Below, one piece after another: positions 8,017-18,609 of a stretch of 52,643 nt of DNA. The position numbers and the translations under genes are program-made. The notes under the pieces were generated by a model, which was not told the origin of the DNA, did not search any database, and worked only from the letters and a program-made list of their open reading frames with translations. Location of the stretch: assembly GCA_964515275.1 (NCBI GenBank), contig CAZESU010000002.1:1-52643 (forward strand), in the 5' to 3' direction. The stretch's first letter is position 1. Each line of letters opens with the position of its first letter. Source of the DNA: an uncultured Oscillospiraceae bacterium. Its GTDB lineage: Bacteria; Bacillota; Clostridia; Oscillospirales; Oscillospiraceae.

Positions 8017-11000
8017 ATGGATAACCACAGTTTGTCATATATAAGCGATGAAAAATTAGCCGCCTTTGCGGCCTCGGAGGCAAGGCTTCTGCGCCCGGAC
8101 GGTACTGGCTCTGCCCGGCACTGCACGGAGCTGATGAAACGGAGCTTTTCCCTGATACAGCGTACCCACGAGGTCATATCCCGCCGCTACGGTGGCCAGC
8201 CCTCCGTGCCTGCCGCCTGTGAATGGCTGCTGGACAACTGGTACATGGTGCAGCGGGAATACCGTTTTGCCCGCTCGGGGCTGGCTTGTGCGCGGTGCCT
8301 CCGGCTCTGCGGTGACCTGCCCCTGATTTTCGAGCTGTGCCGCGCTCTGCTGCATGCCGGACAGGGAGCCGTGGACGAGGAGCGCTGCGCGCTGTTTCTT
8401 CAGGGCTTTCAGACCGTGACGGTGCTGCGGCGAAGTGAGCTGCTGCTGTTCCCTGCCGCCCTGCGCGCCGCCATAACGGAGGGCATTGCCCAGGTATGCA
8501 GCAATATGCAGTACGCCTCCGACACCGGAGAGTACGCAAAGGAGCTGGAGGCTCTTTTCGGCACTCTTCGGCTCTTCTCCGTGCTGGACACAGAAAAGCT
8601 GATCTCCCAGTCGGATGTGACCGAGGCCATTCTCTCCAAAGACCCCACCGGCGACTATCCCAACATGGACAGCGGCACCAAGCAGGACTATCTGGCCCGG
8701 CTTGAGAAGCTGGCCCGGTCTCAGGGGCTGGAGGAGCATGTGCTGGCCCGCCGTTTTATCAAGCAGGCGGAAGAGGATCGGCGGCATGTGGGCTTTTATC
8801 TCTTTGACCGGAGCAAAGGCCGGGGTGCCGGGCTTTACATCGGCGCGAATATCCTCCTCACCCTGTTTCTGAGTCTGCTGCTGTCCTTTGCCGTGGGCAG
8901 TCCCGCAGCGGCACTGCTTTTGCTGCTGCCGGTATCGGAGCTGGTAAAGAGCCTGCTGGATTTTCTTCTGCTCCAGTTTGTTCCGTCAAGACGCCTGCCC
9001 AGAATGGACACGGAAAAGGGCGTGCCCCCGGAGGGCAGAACCATCTGCGTTCTCTCCGCCCTGCTGACCTGCCCGGACAGTGGCACACGCCTTGCCTCCC
9101 GGCTGGAGGAATTTCGCCTTTCCAACCGCAGTGCCGGGAAAAACCTGTGCTTCGGTATTCTGGCGGATCTGCCCGCCGCGGATGCGCCCGAGGTCGAGGG
9201 AGACGAAAGAATCCTCCGCGCTGCCCGCACAGCCATCAATGAGCTGAATATCAAATACGGCGGCGGCTTTTACCTTTTCACCAGAGAGCGCAGCTTTGAC
9301 GGAGAGCGCTACACCGGAAACGAGCGAAAGCGCGGCGCACTGCTGGAGTTGAGCAAGCTGCTGTGCGACAGAGAATCCGCCCTTCAGGTCACCGGAGACA
9401 GGGACGCGCTGGTGGGGGTGCGGTATATCATCACGCTGGACAGCGACACCCGCATGTATCCCGGCGCGGCCTCAGAGCTGATCGGTGCCATGCTCCATCC
9501 CCTGTGCACCCCCAAAGTGGACCCCCAGCGCCATATCGTGACCGAGGGCCATGCCCTGATCCACCCCAGAATGAGCACCGAGCTTCAAAGCGCGACCTAC
9601 ACCGATTTTGCCCTGATTTTCGCCGGTGCCGGGGGCAGCGATCCCTACGGCGCATTGTGTGGCGAGCTGTATATGGACGCCTTCAAAAGCGGCGGCTTTG
9701 CCGGCAAGGGGATTTTGGACGCAAAGGTGCTGCTCCAGTGCAGCGAGGCCCACTTCCCTGCCGGCTGCATCTTGTCCCACGATGCGCTGGAGGGAGCCTA
9801 TCTCCACGGAGCCTTTATGGGCGATACGGAATTTTCCGATAGCTTCCCCTCAAAGCCCCTGTCCTACTACAAGCGCCTCCACCGCTGGGTTCGGGGCGAC
9901 TGGCAGAATGCCCCCTGGATTTTCCGCAGCGGCAAAGACCTGACGGATATCGACCGCTGGCGGCTGCTGGACAGCCTTCGCCGCAGTCTGATCCCGCCTG
10001 CCACTCTTCTTGCCATACTGGCGGGCTTCTTTCTGCCGGTAACGGGGCTCACTCTTGCGGCCTGGGCGGCGCTGCTGGCCCTTTTGAGCAGGCTCTTCCT
10101 CTCCTTTGCAGAGGGCGGGCGCAGGAAACACGAGCGTGTGCCCCTGCGCCGCTACACCAGACTGCTGACCGGCGTGGGCGGCGCCATCGTACAGACCTTT
10201 ATGCGTCTGTGGCTGCTGCCTTTTGAGGCGTGGATCTGTCTCTCTGCCGCCGTTACCGCCCTGTGGCGGATGCTGAAAAGCCGCAAGAAGCTGCTGGAAT
10301 GGGAGACTGCCGCCCAGAGCGACAGCAAGACCGGCGGGCTGACCGCCTATGGAAAGGCCATGTGGTTCCCCATGCTGATCGGCGCGCTGTGCCTGCTGCT
10401 CTCCCCGGTCATCATCGGCAGATCCTCGGGACTCATGTGGCTTTTGTCCCCGGCGGCAGCGGCGGCGCTGGCTTTGCCCGCTCACCGGGAATACGCCCTC
10501 AGCCGGGCGGACAGGGATTACCTGAAAAACCGGGTGCTAAAGACTTGGCGCTATCTGCGGGAGTTCTCGGGGAAAGAGGACAACTACCTGCCCCCGGATA
10601 ATTTTCAGGAGCAGCCGCCCATAGGAGCTGCCCACCGCACTTCGCCCACCAATATTGGCCTTGCGACAGCCTCTGCCGTGGCGGCGATGGACATGGAGCT
10701 GATTCCGGCTCGGGAGGCCGTGGAATATATCGACCGCATGGCGGACACATTGCTGCGCATGCCCCGATGTCTGGGCCACTACTACAACTGGTATGACACC
10801 CGTACCCTCCTGCCCCTGCACCCGGCCTTTGTCTCCACTGTGGACAGCGGCAACCTGTATGCGGGGCTTCTGGTGGCGGCAGATGCCATGGAAGAGCTGG
10901 GGCAGCGGGAGCTTTCCGCAAAGCTTCAAAATATCATGGAGCCCATGGACTTTTCGCCCCTGTACGATGCGGGCAGGGGGCTTTTCTATATCTGCTACGA

Positions 11001-14000
11001 TGCCGCCAAAGAGCGGGGTGCCGGCGGCTGGTACGACCTGATGGCGAGCGAGGCCATGCTGACAAGCTACATCGCCATTGCCAAGGGGGATGTGCCCAAA
11101 AAGCACTGGCGCAGGCTGAGCCGGGCTCAGCTCCAGAAGGACGGCTACCGGGGCCTTGCCAGCTGGACGGGCACCATGTTTGAATACCTGATGCCGGAGC
11201 TGTTTCTGCCCCTGTACCGGGGCAGTCTTCTGTACGAGAGCAGCCGTTTCTGCCTTTACGCCCAGAAGCGCCGGGTTTTTGCGGGCAAGCCCTGGGGCAT
11301 TTCGGAGAGCGCCTTTTTCTCTCTGGACAACAGCCTCAACTACCGCTACAAGGCTCACGGCTGCCCCGCCCTGGCTCTGAAACGGGGGCAGGAGGACGAC
11401 ATGGTGGTCTCTCCGTACAGCAGCTTTCTGGCCCTGTGCGTGGAGCCCGAAAGCGCCGTCAGAAATCTGCATCGGCTGGAGCGTTTCGGCGCTCTGGGCC
11501 GCTACGGCTTTATTGAGGCGCTGGACTTTACGCCGGGCCGCTGCCGCAGTGACAGCGGAGAACCGGTGCGCTGCTATATGGCCCACCACGCGGGCATGAG
11601 TATTCTGGCAGCGGCAAACGCGGTAAATGAGGGCTGTGTTCAGCGGCGGTTTATGTCCAACCCTGCCATGTCCGCCCACTGCGCCATGCTGCAGGAGCGG
11701 CTGCCGGAGAACGGCATCGTCATCCGCCGGGACCTGTCCCCTGTGCCGGAAAAGCCGGATCGGGCTGCGCCCTGCCGCTGGCAGAAGCGGGGCGGGCAGG
11801 AGAACAGCGGCAGCTGTGTCCTGTCAAACGGAGCCTACGAGATGCTTCTTGACTCGCAGGCTCAGGGCCGGGCCAAATTCGGAGGCCGCCTTATCTATAT
11901 GGAAGCCCCCGAATTCCGGCTGGACCGGCAGAAGCTCTTCCCCTCAAAGGCAGAGCAGTGGGAGTTTTCCGAGGACAAGTGCAGCTATCGGCAGAGCCTT
12001 GAAGGGCTGGAATGTGAGCTGACGGTGTCCGCCGCCTCAGGAGACTGCGGGGAACTCCGCAGTCTGCAGCTTCGCTCCATGGGCGACAGAAGCCTGCGTC
12101 TGCGCTTTTCCTTTGTGCCGCTGCTGGCGGCTTATAAAGATTATGTAAACCATCCCGCCTTCTGGCGACTGGGCATTTGGGCGGTGGCGGAGGAGAGCTG
12201 CCTGTATCTGCGCCGGGTACGCCGGGGCGGCAGAGGTGAGATGTGGCTTTGTCTTGCCTGCGACAGGCGGGCGGCGTTTTCCGCCGATAAAAGGGGTAGT
12301 CTCGGCTGGCTTTCTCAGCCGGAGGTAACGGCGTCCGTTGCTCTGACCCTTGAGGGCGGAGAGCTGACTGCCGTGCGCTTTGCCCTCTGCGCCGCCTTTA
12401 CCCGAAAGGAGGCCCGAGACGGCGCAGCCAGGATACTGGCCGCCTCGGAGCTGGAGTGTGGCAGCATGGTCAGCGCCTCCGCCACGCTGCTGGGGCTCAG
12501 CGCCGGAGAGATCGGCGCCGCCATGGACATGCTGCCCTACCTGCAAAGGCCTCAGCTTTATCAGGCGGAGCCTGCAAGGGATTTGTGGCAGTACGGCATC
12601 TCCGGCGACCTGCCCATTATCTGCTGTGAAAGCGGGGCAAAGGAGGCGGAGAGCCTGCTCATGCGCTTCTGCCTGCTGAAAAGCTGCGGCGTGTCCGCAG
12701 ATCTTGTGTATCTCAGCGACGAGCAGGGCGAATATCAGCGGCCCTTTTTCCGCCGCATCAGCCAGATGCTGACCCGCTATTCCCTTGAGGCGCTGATCGA
12801 CAGCCTCGGCGGCGTACACTTCGTGCCGCTGAACGCAAAAGACCTGATTCTCAGCCGCTCCGCTTACGCCGTAGGCCACGAGCGCGAGACATGCCCGGAG
12901 GCTCCCGCGCCGGTATTCGGCGGTCCCAGAGAGCAGGGCGCCGTCCCCGAATACCAGCATACAGGCAGAGCTTTTGAATATGATGTAGACCAAAATCTCC
13001 CTGCAAAGCCCTGGCAGCTTATCCTGACCAACGGACGCTTCGGCTATATTGCCGCAGACTGCGGCAGCGGCAGCATGTGGTTTGAAAACGCACGGGAGAT
13101 GCGCATCAACGCCCCTGCCCCGCTGCCGGAGGAGATTGCCGGCAGCGAGGCGCTGTGGCTTGAGACGGAGTGGGGCCGCATCAGCCTCTTTGCCGCAAAC
13201 GACGGTCATCCCTGCACCGTCAGCTTCTCGCCTGGCCTTGCGGTCTGGGAAAAGGAAGTGGTCGGCAGGCGCATCAAGACCAGCGCCTTTATTCCCAGCG
13301 GCATGGATGCCAGAGTGTTGATTATCGAGGGCGCCGATGACATGAATCTTTACTGGTCGCTCCGACTGGTGCTGGGAGCGGCAGACGGCAGCGCGGTGCT
13401 GTGCCGCAGTGAAAATGAACTGTTTCGGGCAGAGAACCCGGAGAGCTATCTGCCCGGCACGGTATTCCGCGCCGGCTGCTCCTCCTCCGCGCTGATCCGA
13501 TGCGACTATGCTCCCGCCGCCATGTTCATGCGCTGCACCTGCCAGCACATTACGGTACTGGTCTGCGGCTGCTGCGATGAGGCGGAGATGAAGGAGCTTT
13601 GCCGCCCCAGCCTTGCCCTTGCGGCGCTGGGCGCTGCCACCTCCCGTTGGGCAGCCTTGCTGGACAGGCTGGAGGTGCACACAGACCAGCGGGCCCTGGA
13701 CGCCTATATGAACGGCTGGGCGGCTTATCAGACCATCGCCTGCCGTCTGGAGGGCCGGTGCAGCCTGTACCAGAGCGGCGGCGCACTGGGCTTCCGGGAT
13801 CAGCTGCAGGACGCGCTGAACGTGCTGCTGCTGACGCCGGATTACGCCCGGGTGCAGATTCTCGCCTGCTGCCGCCACCAGTATGTAGAGGGGGATGTGA
13901 TGCACTGGTGGCATCCTCACCCGAACGGCGACAAGGGCGTGCGTACCCGCTGCTCCGACGATCTGCTTTGGCTCACCTGGGCGCTGTGCCGCTATGTGGA

Positions 14001-15054
14001 GGCCACCGGAGACGAAGACATCTGCTTCCGGGAAGAAAATTATGTAAACTCACCTGTCCTGTCCGCCGTGGAGCGTGACCGCTACGAGTGCCCGGAGAGA
14101 TCCGATATGAGCGCCTCGGTGCTGGACCACGCCAAGGCCTCACTGGAGCGATGCATTGCCAGAGGCTTCGGCAGTCACGGTCTGCCATACTTCGGCAGCG
14201 GCGACTGGAACGACGGTCTGGACGAGGTGGAGGGCGAGAGTGTGTGGCTGGGCTGGTTTTTCTCCTGTTGTGCAGCCATGTTTGCCGGGCTGCTTGAGCG
14301 CCTGGGCCGCCCCGGTGCGGAGCGCTACCGGACCTTTTCTCAGCAGGCGGCAGCCGCGGCGGAGGCCAGCTTCAACGGGCGCTGGTATCAGCGGGGAATG
14401 GCGGAAAGCGGCGAGCCCTTGGGCGGCGGGGAACGGATCGACTCCATTGCCCAGAGCTGGGCCGCCCTGTGCGAAAGCAGTGAAAACGAGCATGTGGATA
14501 CCGCCCTTGAAAATGTATTATGTAAACTTGTTGACCGTAAGAACCGACTGGTCAGGCTCTTTGATCCGCCCTTCTCGCCGGATGAACCCTATCAGGGCTA
14601 TATCTCCAGCTACGGGGAGGGCTTCCGGGAAAACGGCGGACAGTACACCCACGGGGCCATCTGGCTGGCCATGGCCTGTTTTCGCCGGGGGCGAAGCGAT
14701 GCGGGCTTTGAGATATTGAACCTGCTGCTGCCGGAGAATCACGATCTGAGCGTATACGGCGGCGAGCCCTTTGTACTCTCGGCGGACGTATACGCCGCCC
14801 CGGGACATGAGGGAGAGGCGGGCTGGACCTGGTACACCGGCTCCTCCGGCTGGTACTTCCGGGTAGTGGCCGAGGAGATGCTGGGTCTGAGACTCCGGGA
14901 TGGGAAGCTGTATATCAGTCCCAACCTGCCTGCTGCCATTGACGGCTACACCGCCCTTTGGACGGATTTCTCCGAAACGCCTCACCGCATTGAGGTGAAA
15001 GGGGAAGAAATCACCGTGGACGGGGAGAAATATTTCGGTCAGGGTCTTGGTTAA
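8017..15054 (+). CDS. Cyclic beta-1,2-glucan synthase-like multidomain protein (GT84-like glycosyltransferase, TM segments, glucoamylase-like barrel, C-terminal GH94 phosphorylase-like domain)
   Basis: 2345 aa from the ATG at 8017 (AGGAGGAAAGC RBS; the track start 7774 runs through the promoter region). GT motifs IITLDSDTRMYPG, ILSHDALEGAYL and RWVRGDWQN. Hydrophobic blocks before and after the GT domain. Central TSPTNIGL, YNWYDTRTL, VSTVDSGNL and FEYLMPELFLP. C-terminal GH94-like FRDQLQDALN, HWWHP...GVRTRCSDDLLWL and GSGDWNDGL. Confidence 0.85.
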   Translation: MDNHSLSYISDEKLAAFAASEARLLRPDGTGSARHCTELMKRSFSLIQRTHEVISRRYGGQPSVPAACEWLLDNWYMVQREYRFARSGLACARCLRLCGDLPLIFELCRALLHAGQGAVDEERCALFLQGFQTVTVLRRSELLLFPAALRAAITEGIAQVCSNMQYASDTGEYAKELEALFGTLRLFSVLDTEKLISQSDVTEAILSKDPTGDYPNMDSGTKQDYLARLEKLARSQGLEEHVLARRFIKQAEEDRRHVGFYLFDRSKGRGAGLYIGANILLTLFLSLLLSFAVGSPAAALLLLLPVSELVKSLLDFLLLQFVPSRRLPRMDTEKGVPPEGRTICVLSALLTCPDSGTRLASRLEEFRLSNRSAGKNLCFGILADLPAADAPEVEGDERILRAARTAINELNIKYGGGFYLFTRERSFDGERYTGNERKRGALLELSKLLCDRESALQVTGDRDALVGVRYIITLDSDTRMYPGAASELIGAMLHPLCTPKVDPQRHIVTEGHALIHPRMSTELQSATYTDFALIFAGAGGSDPYGALCGELYMDAFKSGGFAGKGILDAKVLLQCSEAHFPAGCILSHDALEGAYLHGAFMGDTEFSDSFPSKPLSYYKRLHRWVRGDWQNAPWIFRSGKDLTDIDRWRLLDSLRRSLIPPATLLAILAGFFLPVTGLTLAAWAALLALLSRLFLSFAEGGRRKHERVPLRRYTRLLTGVGGAIVQTFMRLWLLPFEAWICLSAAVTALWRMLKSRKKLLEWETAAQSDSKTGGLTAYGKAMWFPMLIGALCLLLSPVIIGRSSGLMWLLSPAAAAALALPAHREYALSRADRDYLKNRVLKTWRYLREFSGKEDNYLPPDNFQEQPPIGAAHRTSPTNIGLATASAVAAMDMELIPAREAVEYIDRMADTLLRMPRCLGHYYNWYDTRTLLPLHPAFVSTVDSGNLYAGLLVAADAMEELGQRELSAKLQNIMEPMDFSPLYDAGRGLFYICYDAAKERGAGGWYDLMASEAMLTSYIAIAKGDVPKKHWRRLSRAQLQKDGYRGLASWTGTMFEYLMPELFLPLYRGSLLYESSRFCLYAQKRRVFAGKPWGISESAFFSLDNSLNYRYKAHGCPALALKRGQEDDMVVSPYSSFLALCVEPESAVRNLHRLERFGALGRYGFIEALDFTPGRCRSDSGEPVRCYMAHHAGMSILAAANAVNEGCVQRRFMSNPAMSAHCAMLQERLPENGIVIRRDLSPVPEKPDRAAPCRWQKRGGQENSGSCVLSNGAYEMLLDSQAQGRAKFGGRLIYMEAPEFRLDRQKLFPSKAEQWEFSEDKCSYRQSLEGLECELTVSAASGDCGELRSLQLRSMGDRSLRLRFSFVPLLAAYKDYVNHPAFWRLGIWAVAEESCLYLRRVRRGGRGEMWLCLACDRRAAFSADKRGSLGWLSQPEVTASVALTLEGGELTAVRFALCAAFTRKEARDGAARILAASELECGSMVSASATLLGLSAGEIGAAMDMLPYLQRPQLYQAEPARDLWQYGISGDLPIICCESGAKEAESLLMRFCLLKSCGVSADLVYLSDEQGEYQRPFFRRISQMLTRYSLEALIDSLGGVHFVPLNAKDLILSRSAYAVGHERETCPEAPAPVFGGPREQGAVPEYQHTGRAFEYDVDQNLPAKPWQLILTNGRFGYIAADCGSGSMWFENAREMRINAPAPLPEEIAGSEALWLETEWGRISLFAANDGHPCTVSFSPGLAVWEKEVVGRRIKTSAFIPSGMDARVLIIEGADDMNLYWSLRLVLGAADGSAVLCRSENELFRAENPESYLPGTVFRAGCSSSALIRCDYAPAAMFMRCTCQHITVLVCGCCDEAEMKELCRPSLALAALGAATSRWAALLDRLEVHTDQRALDAYMNGWAAYQTIACRLEGRCSLYQSGGALGFRDQLQDALNVLLLTPDYARVQILACCRHQYVEGDVMHWWHPHPNGDKGVRTRCSDDLLWLTWALCRYVEATGDEDICFREENYVNSPVLSAVERDRYECPERSDMSASVLDHAKASLERCIARGFGSHGLPYFGSGDWNDGLDEVEGESVWLGWFFSCCAAMFAGLLERLGRPGAERYRTFSQQAAAAAEASFNGRWYQRGMAESGEPLGGGERIDSIAQSWAALCESSENEHVDTALENVLCKLVDRKNRLVRLFDPPFSPDEPYQGYISSYGEGFRENGGQYTHGAIWLAMACFRRGRSDAGFEILNLLLPENHDLSVYGGEPFVLSADVYAAPGHEGEAGWTWYTGSSGWYFRVVAEEMLGLRLRDGKLYISPNLPAAIDGYTALWTDFSETPHRIEVKGEEITVDGEKYFGQGLG

Positions 15055-15121
15055 GGGCTACCCAAAAGTAGAAAACGGTGGTATAATTATATATTAGAAA
15101 AAATTTAATCGGAGGTGCCCC

Positions 15122-16441
15122 ATGGAGATCACAAGGACAGAGATCATGCCCGGCGTATGGCTCAGCCATCTGCGAACCGACAAGTTCAAATCCGCCTGTC
15201 TCAGTTTAAATCTGCTGACGCAACTGAAAAGAGAGACGGCCTCCATGAATGCCCTGATCCCCTTTGTTCTGCGCCGGGGCACCACCCGATACGGGGACAT
15301 GGAAAAGCTCTCTGCCCGCATGGACGAGCTGTACGGCGCCGCCATCGAGCCGGTGGTCCGGCGCATCGGCGAGATCCAGTGCGTGGGTCTGTTCGCCAGC
15401 GTCCCGGAGGGGGATTTTCTCCCGGGCAAGGTGAACGTACTGCGCCCCGCCTGCGAGCTTCTGGGCCAGATCCTGCTGTTCCCCGCCACCCGGGGCGGTC
15501 TACTGCTGCCCCAGTATGTGGACAGTGAGAAGGAAAAGATGCTGGACATCATCCGAAGCCGCATCAACAACAAGCGCAGCTATTCCGTGGATCGCTGCAT
15601 TGAAGAAATGTGCTGCTGTGAGGACTTCGCCGTAAGCCGCTTCGGCACCGAGGACGAGGCCGAGAGCATCAACTATAAAAAGCTGACCAGGCAGTACCGC
15701 AGTCTGCTGCAGAGCTGCCCCATTGAAATTTTCTACTGTGGCAGAGCGCCGGAGAAGGAGCTGGTCTCCTACCTGAAAGACGCCCTGTCCACGCTGCCCC
15801 GGGGCGAAATCGATTATGACATCGGAACCGACGTGCGCATGAACGCGCTGGAGGATCAGCCCCGCACCGTGGAGGAGGAGCTGGACGTGACCCAGGGCAA
15901 GCTTGTCATGGGCTTTCGCCTGGGCGAGTGCATGGACGACCCGGAGCCCGCTGTCATCTATGTTTTCAACAGTGTCTATGGCAGCGGCACCACCTCCAAG
16001 CTGTTTATGAACGTGCGGGAACGGCTCCAGCTGTGCTATTATGCAAGCTCCATTGTCAGCATCCAGAAGGGTCTGCTGCTGGTGGCCTCGGGCATCGAGT
16101 TTGACAAGTTTGAGATTGCCCGGGACGAAATACTGCGCCAGCTGGACGCCATCCGGCAGGGCGATATTACCGACGAGGAGCTGCGTTCGGCAAAGTCCTG
16201 CGTGGCCTCCGACCTGCGCTCCTATATGGACAGTCAGGGCGAGCTGGAGGGCTTCTACCTGTCTCAGGCTCTCAACGGGCTGGACTATGGCCCCATGGAG
16301 CTGGCCGAGCTGGTGGAGGACGTGACGAAAGAGGATCTGGTACGCATCGCAAAGGGCGTTGAACTGGACCTGATCTATTTTCTCAAAGGCAGCGGCGAGG
16401 GCGAAGAGCAGGAGGATGAAGATGCAGCTGAATCAATATAA
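15122..16441 (+). CDS. M16 (pitrilysin) family peptidase, probably the non-catalytic partner
   Basis: 439 aa with an M16 fold but no HxxEH motif. Overlaps the next M16 gene by 26 nt. Confidence 0.8.
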   Translation: MEITRTEIMPGVWLSHLRTDKFKSACLSLNLLTQLKRETASMNALIPFVLRRGTTRYGDMEKLSARMDELYGAAIEPVVRRIGEIQCVGLFASVPEGDFLPGKVNVLRPACELLGQILLFPATRGGLLLPQYVDSEKEKMLDIIRSRINNKRSYSVDRCIEEMCCCEDFAVSRFGTEDEAESINYKKLTRQYRSLLQSCPIEIFYCGRAPEKELVSYLKDALSTLPRGEIDYDIGTDVRMNALEDQPRTVEEELDVTQGKLVMGFRLGECMDDPEPAVIYVFNSVYGSGTTSKLFMNVRERLQLCYYASSIVSIQKGLLLVASGIEFDKFEIARDEILRQLDAIRQGDITDEELRSAKSCVASDLRSYMDSQGELEGFYLSQALNGLDYGPMELAELVEDVTKEDLVRIAKGVELDLIYFLKGSGEGEEQEDEDAAESI

Positions 16442-17699
16442 AAATATAGGCGAAAGTCTTTACTCCGCCACCCTGCCCAACGGCCTGCGCCTGCGGGTGA
16501 TCCCGAAGCCCGGCTTCAGCACTTTTTACGCGGTCTTTGCCACCAATTACGGTGGAGCCCACCGGCGCTTCACCGTGGACGGGCAGACCATCGACACCCC
16601 GGCCGGCGTGGCTCATTTTCTGGAGCACAAGATGTTTGATCTGCCGGACGGTGAAAATGCTTTGAACATTCTGTCCGCCAACGGTGCGGACCCCAACGCC
16701 TTCACATCCAGCGGCATCACCTGCTATTACTTCCAGTGTACGGAAGGCTTTGAAGAGAACCTGCGCATGCTGCTGCATTTCGTCTCCACCCCCTATTTCA
16801 CGGCGGAGACGGTACACAAAGAGCAGGGCATCATCGCCCAGGAGATCCGTATGGGTGAGGATGACCCGGGCGCGGGCATCTATTATAATCTTCTCCGCAT
16901 GCTGTATGCCCATCACCCCATCCGCGACCGGGTGGCCGGTACAGTGGAGAGCATCGCGGAGATTACGGACAAGACTCTGTACGACTGCCACCGGGTGTTT
17001 TATGCCCCCTGCAACATGACCCTCTGTGTGGAGGGCGATGTGGAGCCGGAAAGGGTGCTTGCCATAGCACAGGAGGTACTGCCCGGGGAGCTGGGCAGCG
17101 TCCCGGAGGCGGATTTCGGTCCGGAGGAGGGTCTCCTTCCGCTGGAGAGCTTCCGCAGCGAGGAGATGGCGGTGTCCGCGCCCCAGTTTCTCATCGGCGC
17201 CAAATTCCGCCCGGCGGAAAACGGAACCGCTCTTCTGCGCCAGAAGCTGGTGGCTCAGCTTGCGCTGAGGTTGCTGGTGGGCGCTTCCTCCCCCTTCTAC
17301 ACAAGGCTCTATTCCCAGGGGCTGATCAGCCACGATTTCGGCTATGAAGCGGACTACTCCGCCGGCACCGCCACCGTCATCCTCGGCGGGGAGAGCCGGG
17401 AGCCGGAAAAGGTGCTGGCCGAGCTTCAGGCGGAGGTGGCCTCCGTCAGAGAAAATGGCTTTGACCCCGGGAGCTTCGAACGGGCAAAGAGGGCCTCTCT
17501 GGGTGCAAGACTCCGGGGACTGGAGGACTTTGAAAATGTCTGCGTCTCCACGGCGGAGGGCATTTTCAGCGGCTACTGTGCCTTTGATTCCATTTCCCTG
17601 CTGGGAGAGGTGAGCCGCGCCGAGTGTGAGCGGTTCATCACCGAGACGCTGGCGCCGGAACGCCTTGCCATATCCATCATCACCCCGAAGAGGACTTAA
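16416..17699 (+). CDS. M16 family zinc peptidase (catalytic subunit)
   Basis: 427 aa. Inverted zincin motif HFLEHKMF near the N-terminus, and a downstream glutamate in GIIAQEIRMGEDD. Confidence 0.85.
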   Translation: MKMQLNQYKNIGESLYSATLPNGLRLRVIPKPGFSTFYAVFATNYGGAHRRFTVDGQTIDTPAGVAHFLEHKMFDLPDGENALNILSANGADPNAFTSSGITCYYFQCTEGFEENLRMLLHFVSTPYFTAETVHKEQGIIAQEIRMGEDDPGAGIYYNLLRMLYAHHPIRDRVAGTVESIAEITDKTLYDCHRVFYAPCNMTLCVEGDVEPERVLAIAQEVLPGELGSVPEADFGPEEGLLPLESFRSEEMAVSAPQFLIGAKFRPAENGTALLRQKLVAQLALRLLVGASSPFYTRLYSQGLISHDFGYEADYSAGTATVILGGESREPEKVLAELQAEVASVRENGFDPGSFERAKRASLGARLRGLEDFENVCVSTAEGIFSGYCAFDSISLLGEVSRAECERFITETLAPERLAISIITPKRT

Positions 17700-17702
17700 A
17701 CC

Positions 17703-18605
17703 ATGATTATCTTCCTTTTGCAGACCATACAGAGAGACTCTGTCATCAGCTTCCCCATGTTCGGGGATTTCAGCATAAACCCGCCCAGCAGTTTCAGCCT
17801 TTTCGGTCTGAACATATACTATTACGGGGTGCTCATCGCACTGGGCTTCATTCTTGCCATTGTGTACTGCTCCCATGTTTCCAAAGATTTCGGCATCAAG
17901 TCCGACGACTTTTTTGACCTGATGCTGTGGATTATCCCCTGCTGCATCGTGGGGGCAAGGCTCTATTACGTTCTCTTCCGGCTGGAGTACTATATCCACA
18001 ACCCGGCAGAGATCCTCGCCATCCGGGACGGGGGTCTTGCCATCTACGGCGGCGTGATCGTGGGTGTGATCGTCATCATCTTCGTCTGCCGCCACAAGAA
18101 GATTCCCATCCCCGCCATGATGGATTTGGCGGTGTTCGGCCTGCTCATCGGGCAGATTCTGGGCCGCTGGGGCAACTTTATAAACCGGGAGGCCTTCGGC
18201 GCGGAGACGGACATTTTCTGCCGCATGGGGCTCACCGCCCCCGACGGGACCACCATCTTCGTCCACCCCACCTTCCTGTACGAGAGTCTGTGGAATCTGG
18301 CAGGGCTGATATTTCTGATTGTATTTAGCAAAAAAGGCCGCCGCAAATACGACGGTCAATGCGCGCTGATATACTTTTTCTGGTACGGTCTGGGCCGTGC
18401 CTGGATTGAGGGGCTTCGCACCGACAGCCTGTATATCGGCAGCAGCGGAATTCGCGTATCACAGGCGCTCTCCATTGCGCTTGCTTTGATATCTTTCATT
18501 ATACTGATCGTCCAGAGCCGCCGGCCCCACCCGCCCGAAAAGCTGTATGTCAATCAGGTACAGGCGGCAAAAGAAGAACTAAAACAAATGAGCCAAGGAG
18601 GATAA
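17703..18605 (+). CDS. lgt: Prolipoprotein diacylglyceryl transferase
   Basis: 300 aa. YGVLIALGF, GARLYYV, GGLAIYGG and the Lgt signature GRWGNFINREAFG. Confidence 0.93.
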   Translation: MIIFLLQTIQRDSVISFPMFGDFSINPPSSFSLFGLNIYYYGVLIALGFILAIVYCSHVSKDFGIKSDDFFDLMLWIIPCCIVGARLYYVLFRLEYYIHNPAEILAIRDGGLAIYGGVIVGVIVIIFVCRHKKIPIPAMMDLAVFGLLIGQILGRWGNFINREAFGAETDIFCRMGLTAPDGTTIFVHPTFLYESLWNLAGLIFLIVFSKKGRRKYDGQCALIYFFWYGLGRAWIEGLRTDSLYIGSSGIRVSQALSIALALISFIILIVQSRRPHPPEKLYVNQVQAAKEELKQMSQGG

Positions 18606-18609
18606 CAAA

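Noticed and set aside
10537-13920. Long minus-strand ORFs 10537-11679 (380 aa) and 12037-13920 (627 aa), plus many shorter ones inside 8-15 kb
   Set aside because: All lie antisense or out of frame within the intact 2345-aa glucan-synthase-like gene. They are rich in Arg, Ala, Gly and Pro with no motifs.
16383-18359. 658-aa minus-strand ORF
   Set aside because: It is antisense to the second M16 peptidase gene and lgt, both of which carry clear family signatures. It is a shadow ORF.
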